This document shows, piece by piece, positions 40,486-57,459 of a stretch of 64,000 bases of DNA (its first letter is position 1; every line of letters starts with the position of its first letter). The DNA comes from Dehalococcoidia bacterium. Its GTDB lineage: Bacteria; Chloroflexota; Dehalococcoidia; Bin125. The notes under the pieces were generated by a model. That model searched no databases and was not told the origin of the DNA. It saw nothing but the letters and a program-made list of their open reading frames with translations. The stretch spans positions 2,565,592 through 2,629,591 of the forward strand of contig CBDHGH010000003.1 in NCBI GenBank assembly GCA_965263065.1, written 5' to 3'. The position numbers and the translations under genes are program-made.

Positions 40486-41352
40486 TTAGCGGTACGCCCC
40501 CACGCCCTTGGCGTGGTAGGCGTTCTGCAGGACATCGGGCTCGAAGAATTGCGGCTGGACCTTCTCCACGACCTGCTCGTAGAGCGCCATCTTGAAGATG
40601 CCCTCGAGCGCGTTGACGACGGCCAGGCCGATCCCGACGAGTGGAATCGCGACGATGATCCCGGCCACGGGGGAGATCGCGCCGACGGCCGCGCCGATGG
40701 CGATGCCGGGAATCACGGCCAGGAAGCGGAAGATGCCGAAACCGAAGCCGGACACCAACTGCTCGCCCCAGGTGCGGCCGAAGTAGTTCTTGGAGCGCTT
40801 GATCGCCTCGATGGGGCCGACGTGCTCGACGATCAGGATGGGCACGACGAAGAAGGTCATGTAGGCCCAGATCGCGCCCATGATGTCGATGATGATGCGC
40901 GCGAGGAAGTTGTCGTTCGCGACGCTGCGGGCGTACGTCAGGAGAATGAAGATGATCGTGGAGATGAACGACCAGCCGATCACGCCGGTGACGTTCTTGT
41001 TGACGGCGGCGAAGCCCGTGAAGACGTTGGGGTCGCCGCCCTTGAGGCGGTGGCGGGCGGCGCCCATCAGGGCCGCGTTGAAGTACGTGATGACCGTGAT
41101 GGAGGCGAACAGCGCGATGACGGCGACGATGGCGTCGCCGAGCTGGAGCTGGGCCTCGCCGCCGCTGCTGTCGAGGCGGTCGAAGGATCCCATCGCGAGG
41201 AACGCGATCGCGGCGACGGCGACGACGATCCCCACGCCGATGAACGACATGACCGGGAAGAGCAGCAGCTCCTTGTCTTTTCGGAGCACGACCATGGAGG
41301 TCTTAATGATGCTCCACGTGTTGGAGAAGGTGCGGAAGATTCCTGACAACAT
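40486..41352 (-). CDS. hypothetical multi-pass membrane protein
   Basis: 288 aa; about six hydrophobic segments; somewhat lower GC than the flanks. Confidence 0.5.
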   Translation of the reverse strand: MLSGIFRTFSNTWSIIKTSMVVLRKDKELLLFPVMSFIGVGIVVAVAAIAFLAMGSFDRLDSSGGEAQLQLGDAIVAVIALFASITVITYFNAALMGAARHRLKGGDPNVFTGFAAVNKNVTGVIGWSFISTIIFILLTYARSVANDNFLARIIIDIMGAIWAYMTFFVVPILIVEHVGPIEAIKRSKNYFGRTWGEQLVSGFGFGIFRFLAVIPGIAIGAAVGAISPVAGIIVAIPLVGIGLAVVNALEGIFKMALYEQVVEKVQPQFFEPDVLQNAYHAKGVGAYR

Positions 41353-41408
41353 GCAGCGATCCTAGCAAACATTCCCGTACGCGGGGGCGGGCGGGAGACT
41401 TGGGGGGC

Positions 41409-44216
<2,808 letters not shown>

Positions 44217-44317
44217 GGAGCCAGCATATGGGGCCAGTCGGTGGGGCGGCCATCCGGGCCGGCTGCCGCCGGTGACGGCGTGCTCCCGCCGGCGCCCGCG
44301 GGGCGACCTCCCGGCGG

Positions 44318-44932
44318 CTACCGAATGGCGACCTCAAGGTCGACGGCGTCGGTCATGCGGATGCGCTGGAAGCCACAGCCGAAGCAGGTCAGGTTGAGGT
44401 CGATGACGGCGCCGGCCGTGCGCAGGCCGATGTGGATGCTCTCACCGGCGCGCAGGTCGAACGGGAGCAGGGTGCGCCCGGCGCTGCGTATGGCGCCGGT
44501 GCGCAGGACGCCCCGCCGCCGGCTCTCGCCCTCGTTCACGATACGGAGGTCGCTGCGGTCGATGGCCGGCTTGTCCAGGGGCCACAGCACGACGACGAGA
44601 CGCTGCCCACCCGCGATGGCGAAGTGCACGCTGTGGCAGCCGCGACAGCTCGCCAGCATGTCGACGGGCTCCGCGCCAGCATCGACGTCGATGGTCAGGG
44701 TCTCTTGGCTGGCAACCGTGTGCCGGCCGCGGATGCCCGTCAGCAGTGTTTGGACCTCGACCGTGCGCGAGCCGGGCGTGAGGTTGAGCAGGGTGACGAA
44801 GGCGGGCTCGGCGGGGGTCGACTGTGCCGCGATCGGGCGCGGCGCGCCGAGCGCGATCACGGCCAGCCCGCCCACGATGATCGCCACGACCCAAACCGCG
44901 AGGACGGAACGCTGTCTCGTGCAATCGGCCAT
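44318..44932 (-). CDS. hypothetical exported or membrane-anchored protein
   Basis: Trimmed to [29 protein letters not shown] (signal anchor); the upstream part of the track ORF is antisense to uvrA. Confidence 0.4.
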   Translation of the reverse strand: MADCTRQRSVLAVWVVAIIVGGLAVIALGAPRPIAAQSTPAEPAFVTLLNLTPGSRTVEVQTLLTGIRGRHTVASQETLTIDVDAGAEPVDMLASCRGCHSVHFAIAGGQRLVVVLWPLDKPAIDRSDLRIVNEGESRRRGVLRTGAIRSAGRTLLPFDLRAGESIHIGLRTAGAVIDLNLTCFGCGFQRIRMTDAVDLEVAIR

Positions 44933-45044
44933 ACCGGATTCAACCTCTGCTCCACCCGACTGTCCCCGATGGGAGCGGGGGAGCCCTGATACGATCGGCG
45001 CGCCCGGATCGGCGCCCCGGTGAGCGGGCTTTGCAGCGGAGGGA

Positions 45045-48080
<3,036 letters not shown>

Positions 48081-48270
48081 CGCGGGTCCGGGGAGCCCGG
48101 GCCTCGCGGATCCAGCGTTCCCGTTATGACACGCCGCATGCAGATGTCACATCCTGGTCGTCGGAGGTGTTGCCCGGATCGGGACACAGGGCTATAAGAG
48201 AATCAGGCTGGGCGGCGGCAACAATCGGAGTTGCCGGGCAGCGCCGGGGCGGCGCCAAGGAGATACACCG

Positions 48271-48552
48271 ATGACGTACACAATCACCGAACCGTGCATC
48301 GACGTGAAGGACCAGTCCTGCGTCGAGGTCTGCCCGGTTGACTGCATCCACGCCGACGAGGAGGACCGCATCCTCTTCATCAGCCCGGACGAATGCATCG
48401 ACTGCGGCGCCTGTGAGCCCGCCTGCCCGGTGACGGCGATCTTCTCCGAGGACGACGTCCCGGAGGAATGGGTGGCCTACACGGAGATCAACGCCCTCTG
48501 GTACGAGGACAAGGCCGCCGCGCGGGAGAAGGTCTTGGCCCTGATCCCGTAG
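48271..48552 (+). CDS. 4Fe-4S (7Fe-type) ferredoxin
   Basis: Motif CIDVKDQSCVEVCPVDCI ... CIDCGACEPACP. Confidence 0.85.
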   Translation: MTYTITEPCIDVKDQSCVEVCPVDCIHADEEDRILFISPDECIDCGACEPACPVTAIFSEDDVPEEWVAYTEINALWYEDKAAAREKVLALIP

Positions 48553-48578
48553 CCGCGGGCCATCCGGCACGGACGCAC

Positions 48579-48610
48579 GAGCCCGGCGCGATGCGCCGGG
48601 CTCTCTTCGT
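48579..48610 (+). terminator. Hairpin GAGCCCGGCG-cgatg-CGCCGGGCTC followed by TCTTCGT; sits between the convergent ferredoxin and glyQS genes
   Basis: Seen in the sequence. Confidence 0.6.
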
Positions 48611-48616
48611 GCCCGC

Positions 48617-49954
<1,338 letters not shown>

Positions 49955-50157
49955 GGGTACTCGCAGGCGCATCGTGGGGCTGGCGGGGATTACGACGAGC
50001 CGTGCGCGGGGGCTCCCGATCACGGTATCGCCGGCCCGGAGTGGGCTCAACGAACGAGCTAACACGCCCGCGCCCCGATCAGCGCTCGTTGACGGCGGTG
50101 CGCGACGCTGGATAGGGTGCCGCTGACGCGGCAGCGCCTGCGAAGGAGTAGCTCCGG

Positions 50158-50277
50158 GATGCGATTTTTGATGGGCTTGGCGGTGGGGGTCGTGGTGGGC
50201 TTCGCGGTCGTCGCGATCGTCACGGGGGAGTCGGGCGGGGCCCTGATCGCACAGGCGCGCGCGCGGCTGCGCAACTA
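50158..50277 (+). CDS. 39-aa hydrophobic peptide [39 protein letters not shown]
   Basis: GAAGGAG RBS 10 nt upstream of the ATG; single predicted TM helix; not in the supplied track (below its size cutoff). Confidence 0.35.
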
Positions 50278-50402
50278 GCGTCGCTCACGCCGCGCCGGCG
50301 CCGTCGCGCCGCGTTCGCGTTAGTCGGGGCGACCCTTGTGGTCGCCCTGCCGGGCGCCCTGCCGGGCGGAGTCCGGGCGCCCTACCCGCCCGCCTTCCCT
50401 TT

Positions 50403-50477
50403 CCGGTCCCCCCTCTCCAGCGCTTTAGCTGGAGAGGGGGGCAGGGGGTGAGGTTCCCACGCAGGGGGTGAGGTTCC
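50403..50477. repeat. GC-rich hairpin element copy A (CCGGTCCCCCCTCTCCAGC-gcttta-GCTGGAGAGGGGGG + 2x GCAGGGGGTGAGGTTCC)
   Basis: Seen in the sequence; immediately 3' of the stop codon of the substrate-binding protein gene. Confidence 0.75.
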
Positions 50478-50480
50478 GCT

Positions 50481-52859
50481 CTACACCCCGGGCTTGCCCT
50501 CAAACCACGACCGGTACAGCCGTTGGGTGGCGGCGGTGCTGCTGTTGGTCGGGCCGTAGCCCTTGAGCCAGGGACGGTGTGCGACGGTCGGCACGCCCCA
50601 ATTGAAGAAGATCCGGGGCACGTGCTCTTCGAGCAGCTTGGTCTGGATCTCGTCGTAGATCGACACCCGGTTCTCGGTGCCGATGGTGGTGCGTCCCTGC
50701 TCCAGCAGCGCGTCGATCTCGGGGTCGGAGAACTTGCCGTAGTTCCGTGCGCCGTCGGTCTGGTGGCTGCTGGAGAGGATGTCGGGGTCGTGCGCGCCGC
50801 CGAAGCCATTCCAGTGGATGGAGAAATTCCCCGACGACCGCTGGTCCTGGCCCTCCATGCTGGTCGTCTCCTCAAGATCGACCTCGAAGCCGATTTCGGC
50901 CCAGTTCTGCTGGCCCACCTGCGCGTAATGGATGGATCCGTCCCAGGAGCTCATCGGCGGCACGCTCGCCGGGTCGTAGCCGCTGGCGTCGAGCAGCCGC
51001 CGGCCCTCGGCCAGGTCCTCCTCGCGCAGGGCGCCGGAGCGGTAGCCGGGCAGCTCGCGGAGCTCGTCGGCGCTCCACGCGTACACGCCGGCCGCGTGGC
51101 AGATCACCCCGCCGATCTCGATGAGACCTTGGCCCACCGCGAAGAGCTGTTCCCGGTTGGTGGCGAGATGCAGGGCCATGCGCACGCGCGGGTCGGTGTA
51201 GGGCTCGACCTGGAGGTTGAAGTGCGTCGAGAAGCTCCAGGTCGCTTGCATGGGCACTTCGACGAGGTTCTCCTCGCCGACCTGGGCCCGCACGGCCTCG
51301 TTCTCTGCCGGGAAGCCCAGCCACGGGATTAAGAGGAAGTCGGCCTCGCCGGCGACGTACTGTGCGGCCCGATACGCCGCGTCCGCATTCCAGTTCGCCC
51401 GGAACCCGTCGAAGTAGGGGAGCCCTGCGCGGAAGTAGTTGGGGTTGCGTTCCAGCACGGTGAGGACGTCGGCCTCACGGGAGACATGCTGCATGCCGCC
51501 GGTGCCGATGGCGGCCTCGGGGTTGCTGGCGATGCCGTCGTCGCCGAAGGCCTCGACCGCGTCGCGTGAGACCATGAGCACCCGCTGCTCGCCGACGGCG
51601 TAGAGCAGCGGCGCGAACACCTCTCTCGCCTTGATGTGCAGGGTGAGTTCGTCGGTGGCCTCGTACTGGTCGACGGCGGAGAGGAGGTCTTTCAAGATGA
51701 ACTCGGGGTTGTCCTGGCCGAAGCGTGCGAGTCCGAAAGCGGCGTCTTCGGCGACGAACTGACGCCCGTTCAGCGGGGCCTTGTCCTGCCAGTGCACGTT
51801 CGGCTTGATGGCGTAGATGAAGTTGAGCTCATCGACGACCTCGGGCAGCTCCGCCATCGCCGAGGTGAGCACACCGCCGTTATCGAGGTAGTTGATGTGG
51901 TCGTAGATCGGCAACCAGTTGCTGTCGTTGCCGCCGTGGTCGGCGATGGCCGGGTCGAGGATGCCGCCGCTGTCCGCGAAGTAGGTGACGACGCCTCCGT
52001 ACTGCGGGCCGGTGGCCGGGGCCGGCTCGTCCTCCGCCGCCGCCATGGCCGCGCTCTCGGCGGCCTCCTGGGCCGCGTCGGCGGCCTCTTGGGCGGCGGC
52101 GACGGCCGCGGCGGCGGTCTCGGCCGCGGCTTCGGCGGTCTCCTGGGCCGTGGCGGCGGCCTGCCCGGCGGCGGCGGCGGCCTGCCCGGCGGCGGCGGAC
52201 GCCTCCCCGGCGGCCGCCGCGGCGGCGGCAGCGGCCTCGGCGGCGTTGTCGATGGCGGCCTGGGCGGCCGCCGCGGTGGCCGTGCCGGCTTCGACGGCCG
52301 CGGCGACATCGCGGGCGGCCTGGGCGGCGGCCTCGGCCGCCTCGGCGGCGGCGTCCGCGACGGCCGCGGCAGCGGCGTCGCCGGCAGCGCCAGCGGCGTC
52401 GGCGGCCTGGGCGGCCGCTGCGGCGGCGGCTTCCGCGGCGGCGGCCGCGTTGCCGGCGTCTTCCGACTCGGCCGCCTCGGCGGCCAAGGCGGCGGCGGCA
52501 TCGGCGGCGCTGGCCGCCTGCGAGGCGGCGGCGGAGGCCTCGCCGGCGGCGTCTGCCGCGTCGGCCGCAGCGGCGGAGGCCTCGCCTGCGGCGTCTGCCG
52601 CCTCGGCCGCGACGGCGGCGGCGGCGGCGGATTCGGCGGCGCGCGCATCCCCGGCGGCGACCGCCGCGGCGGCGGCCTCTTCCGCGGCCGCGGCGGCCCG
52701 TTCGGCCGCCACGGCGCCGGCGTCGGGCCCGTCGTCGTCGCCGCAGCCGACCAGGGCGAGGCCGGCTGCTCCAACCCCAGCCTTCGCGCTGGCTCCCAAC
52801 ATGGTGCGGCGTGAGATCTTCCGCTGTCGCAGGGTCGTCCAATAGTTCCGGCGGCTCAT
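50481..52859 (-). CDS. ABC transporter substrate-binding lipoprotein (family 5, peptide/nickel type) with Tat signal, lipobox and a roughly 270-aa Ala/Glu-rich low-complexity spacer
   Basis: Tat-signal and lipobox region MSRRNYW...SRRTMLGASAKAGVGAAGLALVGCG; spacer AAAEEAAAAA...; C-terminal SBP_bac_5-like domain; GGAAGGGA RBS; no permease or ATPase genes adjacent. Confidence 0.78.
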   Translation of the reverse strand: MSRRNYWTTLRQRKISRRTMLGASAKAGVGAAGLALVGCGDDDGPDAGAVAAERAAAAAEEAAAAAVAAGDARAAESAAAAAVAAEAADAAGEASAAAADAADAAGEASAAASQAASAADAAAALAAEAAESEDAGNAAAAAEAAAAAAAQAADAAGAAGDAAAAAVADAAAEAAEAAAQAARDVAAAVEAGTATAAAAQAAIDNAAEAAAAAAAAAGEASAAAGQAAAAAGQAAATAQETAEAAAETAAAAVAAAQEAADAAQEAAESAAMAAAEDEPAPATGPQYGGVVTYFADSGGILDPAIADHGGNDSNWLPIYDHINYLDNGGVLTSAMAELPEVVDELNFIYAIKPNVHWQDKAPLNGRQFVAEDAAFGLARFGQDNPEFILKDLLSAVDQYEATDELTLHIKAREVFAPLLYAVGEQRVLMVSRDAVEAFGDDGIASNPEAAIGTGGMQHVSREADVLTVLERNPNYFRAGLPYFDGFRANWNADAAYRAAQYVAGEADFLLIPWLGFPAENEAVRAQVGEENLVEVPMQATWSFSTHFNLQVEPYTDPRVRMALHLATNREQLFAVGQGLIEIGGVICHAAGVYAWSADELRELPGYRSGALREEDLAEGRRLLDASGYDPASVPPMSSWDGSIHYAQVGQQNWAEIGFEVDLEETTSMEGQDQRSSGNFSIHWNGFGGAHDPDILSSSHQTDGARNYGKFSDPEIDALLEQGRTTIGTENRVSIYDEIQTKLLEEHVPRIFFNWGVPTVAHRPWLKGYGPTNSSTAATQRLYRSWFEGKPGV

Positions 52860-52932
52860 CACATGTTCCCTTCCGGTCCCCGGCTGTCCCGTTGTGGGAT
52901 CGCTCGGTGCGTGAGCACGCACAGTATCGCAC

Positions 52933-52959
52933 ATTATAAGCGTGCACCCCCCCCCCCCC
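52933..52959 (-). promoter_or_regulatory. Candidate promoter: perfect TATAAT -10 box (minus strand) 8 nt downstream of a 13-nt G tract (C13 on the plus strand at 52947-52959)
   Basis: Seen in the sequence; lies in an AT-richer island about 75 nt upstream of the substrate-binding protein start. Confidence 0.5.
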
Positions 52960-53087
52960 GTTATGTCATATAGGAAGGAAATTATGGGGTTATCCACCGA
53001 ATTTTTCGGCTTCTCACGCTGTTGGAACCCCCCCCTGTGTCACTCGTGGGGTTCCGGCGTGCGATCGCGCGGGGGAACCTCGCCCGT

Positions 53088-53143
53088 CCGGTCCCCCCTC
53101 TCCATCGCTTCAGCTGGAGAGGGGGTTAGGGGGTGAGGTTCCC
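53088..53143. repeat. GC-rich hairpin element copy B (CCGGTCCCCCCTCTCCATC-gcttca-GCTGGAGAGGGGG-TTAGGGGGTGAGGTTCCC), in the same orientation as copy A
   Basis: Seen in the sequence; an inverted partial motif GGGGGAACCTC at 53071-53084 gives an outer stem. Confidence 0.75.
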
Positions 53144-53253
53144 GACGTCGCACGCCCCGCAGCCCGGTTGTCAGCAGGGTCGTGTAGCGAAGACGTGGGG
53201 CCGAAGCTGTGGGCGAGTATCATGAAGCAAGCGGGCCGCAGGAGAGAACGCCG

Positions 53254-53598
53254 ATGAAGCTGACCTACGCCGTCGTCTTCGAGCAGACGCCCAACAACTA
53301 CTGCGCCTACGTGCCGGACGTGCCGGGCTGCATCAGCACGGGCAAGACCTGGGACGAGATGCAGGCGCTGATCCGGGAGGCGCTCAGCTTCCATATCGAG
53401 GATCTGCTGGAGCAGGGCGAGCCCCTCCCCGAGCCGAAGATGTCCATCAAGCAGGCGATCGCCTGCCACAACGAGCCCATCCCCGAGGATGTCCTCCGGT
53501 CGTACGCCGAGTACGGCGACGACACTCCCACGCTGTCGACGAGGGTCGAGCTCGTGGAGGTGGAGGTTCCGGCCCCGCAGGCGGCGCGGGCGAACTGA
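53254..53598 (+). CDS. HicB-like (UPF0150 family) type II antitoxin-fold protein, orphan
   Basis: Sequence MKLTYAVVFEQTPNNYCAYVPDVPGCISTGKTWDEMQALIREALSFHIEDLLEQGEPLPEP; GGAGAG RBS; no hicA nearby. Confidence 0.65.
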   Translation: MKLTYAVVFEQTPNNYCAYVPDVPGCISTGKTWDEMQALIREALSFHIEDLLEQGEPLPEPKMSIKQAIACHNEPIPEDVLRSYAEYGDDTPTLSTRVELVEVEVPAPQAARAN

Positions 53599-53666
53599 AG
53601 CCCCGGGTCGATTCGGCCCCGGAGGTCAGGCGCGGCGGGGTCGGGGCGCGGGCCCCAGATCGACGC

Positions 53667-55751
<2,085 letters not shown>

Positions 55752-55844
55752 GGGGCCTCCGGGGGGGCAGGGATGGGGGCTGCGGATCGCAGCCCGGCTT
55801 GCGTCGCGCGACGGGCCGCAATGTATCGCGCGGCGATCAGCCGA

Positions 55845-56561
55845 TCAACCGCGCGGGGACAGTGGAGCAGACGGCTCGCCGGGCGGTCCGGCGCCCGCGG
55901 AGAGACGGTCCTGCAGCGCCTGAATGCGGGTCTCGAGTTCTTGTTGCACGGCGACGAGCGTGAGGTCGCCGCGGGTGCGCTCGGTGACGCCGCGGACCAT
56001 ATCGGTGTTGCGGCGCAGCCCCCGGGTGATGGCGTCCGGGTAGTCGAACGTGACGAGCAGCCCGTAGATCTCGTCCATTGCGCGCAGCAGCGACTCGGCC
56101 CGGTCGCGCTCGCCGTGGCGTAGCGAGTCGAGCGCGAAGCGGCGCAACTCGCCCACGGTTTCCGCCAGCCCGTTGAGGTATGCGGGGTACTCGACGCCGA
56201 GATCCTCGGGCGTGGGCAGGGGCCGGCCGGCGATCACGGCCAGGGTCAGCGAGGCCTCGGCCAGTTCCTTGAGGGCGTCGTGGAGGAAGCCGGCGTGGTA
56301 GATCTCGCCGTGCTCCGCCAGGGCGGTCTGAGCGCGGCGCGCGTCCGCCCGCGCCTGGGCCAGCAGCGCGCCGGCGGCGTCGAACTCGCGCCGGTGCACG
56401 GCGCGAATGCAGCCGGCGCTGTGCTGGATGATCCGGCGGGTGGCGGCGAGCGCCTCCTCGCGGGCGGCGTGGCGGGCGTCGAAGCTGGCGCGAATCCTCG
56501 CAAGGATGTCCTCCAGCGGGGGGCCGATGCCCGCCCCGTCGCGCTGCGGCGGCGATGACAC
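55845..56561 (-). CDS. hypothetical protein, possibly translin family
   Basis: 238 aa, all-helical; motif YLNGLAETVGELRR resembles the translin/TRAX Y..G.ADL.GEL.R signature; low certainty. Confidence 0.4.
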   Translation of the reverse strand: MSSPPQRDGAGIGPPLEDILARIRASFDARHAAREEALAATRRIIQHSAGCIRAVHRREFDAAGALLAQARADARRAQTALAEHGEIYHAGFLHDALKELAEASLTLAVIAGRPLPTPEDLGVEYPAYLNGLAETVGELRRFALDSLRHGERDRAESLLRAMDEIYGLLVTFDYPDAITRGLRRNTDMVRGVTERTRGDLTLVAVQQELETRIQALQDRLSAGAGPPGEPSAPLSPRG

Positions 56562-56905
56562 TAGAGATCCTTGACCGGGTCTGGCAGCTCGCCCGCGCGG
56601 GCGGCGTCGATCATCTGCTTGGCCTCCGCGGGCATCTCGACGCCCAGCTCGTCGAAGCGCTTTTCGGCCCAGCGGCCGATCTGCCGCGGGTCCTTGTACG
56701 CATCTGGGCCGGCGCCGGGGTCCGGCGCTCCGTACTGCTCCATCACCTGCGCCTCGGTCTTGGGCGTCGCGAAGCGCGAGAGGGCGCGCGCGGTACGACC
56801 GCTGCCGCAGTGCTCGCAGTCGGGCCGCCGGGCGTTCTGCAACGACCGGTGGAAGGCCTCGGTGCGCTTGCCGCAGGCGGCGCAGTGGTACTCGTAGATC
56901 GGCAT
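56561..56905 (-). CDS. FmdB-family zinc-ribbon protein
   Basis: Motif MPIYEYHCAACGKRTE...CEHCGS. Confidence 0.7.
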   Translation of the reverse strand: MPIYEYHCAACGKRTEAFHRSLQNARRPDCEHCGSGRTARALSRFATPKTEAQVMEQYGAPDPGAGPDAYKDPRQIGRWAEKRFDELGVEMPAEAKQMIDAARAGELPDPVKDL

Positions 56906-56991
56906 GGCACGCTCCCCGGGGCGGGATCGTAGCACCGTCGCCCGAGGCAGGGGGGTGGGGGTCGCGCTCGCCGGGCCCTCAGCAGTCGCCC

Positions 56992-57375
56992 TCAGCAGTC
57001 GACCGCGTTGCGCACGTGCCGCGCGACGCTGAGCCGGCCACCCCGGGCGGGCGCGACGGCGATGACATCGATGCGGGCGTCGGGATCGTCGCCGCCGTCC
57101 TCGGCGAGATCGGCGAGGTACGCCGCCGCGCCCAGACGCAAGCGCTCCTGCTTGGCCGGATCGACGGACTCCAACGCGGCCAGCGCGCCGCCGGGCCCGC
57201 GCCGGGTGCGCACCTCGACGAAGACGACCACGCCGCCGGGGTCGCGCGCGACGATGTCGATCTCGCCACCCTCGCTGCGGCGGTTGCGATCGAGCAGCGT
57301 GTAGCCGGCGCGAGTCAGGTACTTCGCCGCAACCTCCTCCCCGGCCTGGCCGAGCTGCCGCCGTGCGTCGGTCAT
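56992..57375 (-). CDS. yraN: YraN family (UPF0102) endonuclease
   Basis: Motif GGEIDIVARD...VFVEVRTRR. Confidence 0.8.
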   Translation of the reverse strand: MTDARRQLGQAGEEVAAKYLTRAGYTLLDRNRRSEGGEIDIVARDPGGVVVFVEVRTRRGPGGALAALESVDPAKQERLRLGAAAYLADLAEDGGDDPDARIDVIAVAPARGGRLSVARHVRNAVDC

Positions 57376-57459
57376 CGCTTCGCCGTTCGGGTGCGGGGCC
57401 GGGGCGTCAACGGCGGTATCAACGGCGACCTCAACTGCAACATCGGTGGCGTGCGGATC

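Noticed and set aside
49955-50157. Searched the glyQS 5' leader for a T-box riboswitch.
   Set aside because: There is no AGGGUGGNACCGCG-like T-box sequence or specifier-loop architecture. The leader appears to be an ordinary GC-rich UTR.
53162-53257. KQAG in the 11-aa uORF as a possible remnant of a HicA C-terminus.
   Set aside because: In-frame upstream translation shows no HicA-like sequence (no GSH..., no dsRBD-like motifs). The frame is open only because of the GC-rich stop-free sequence.
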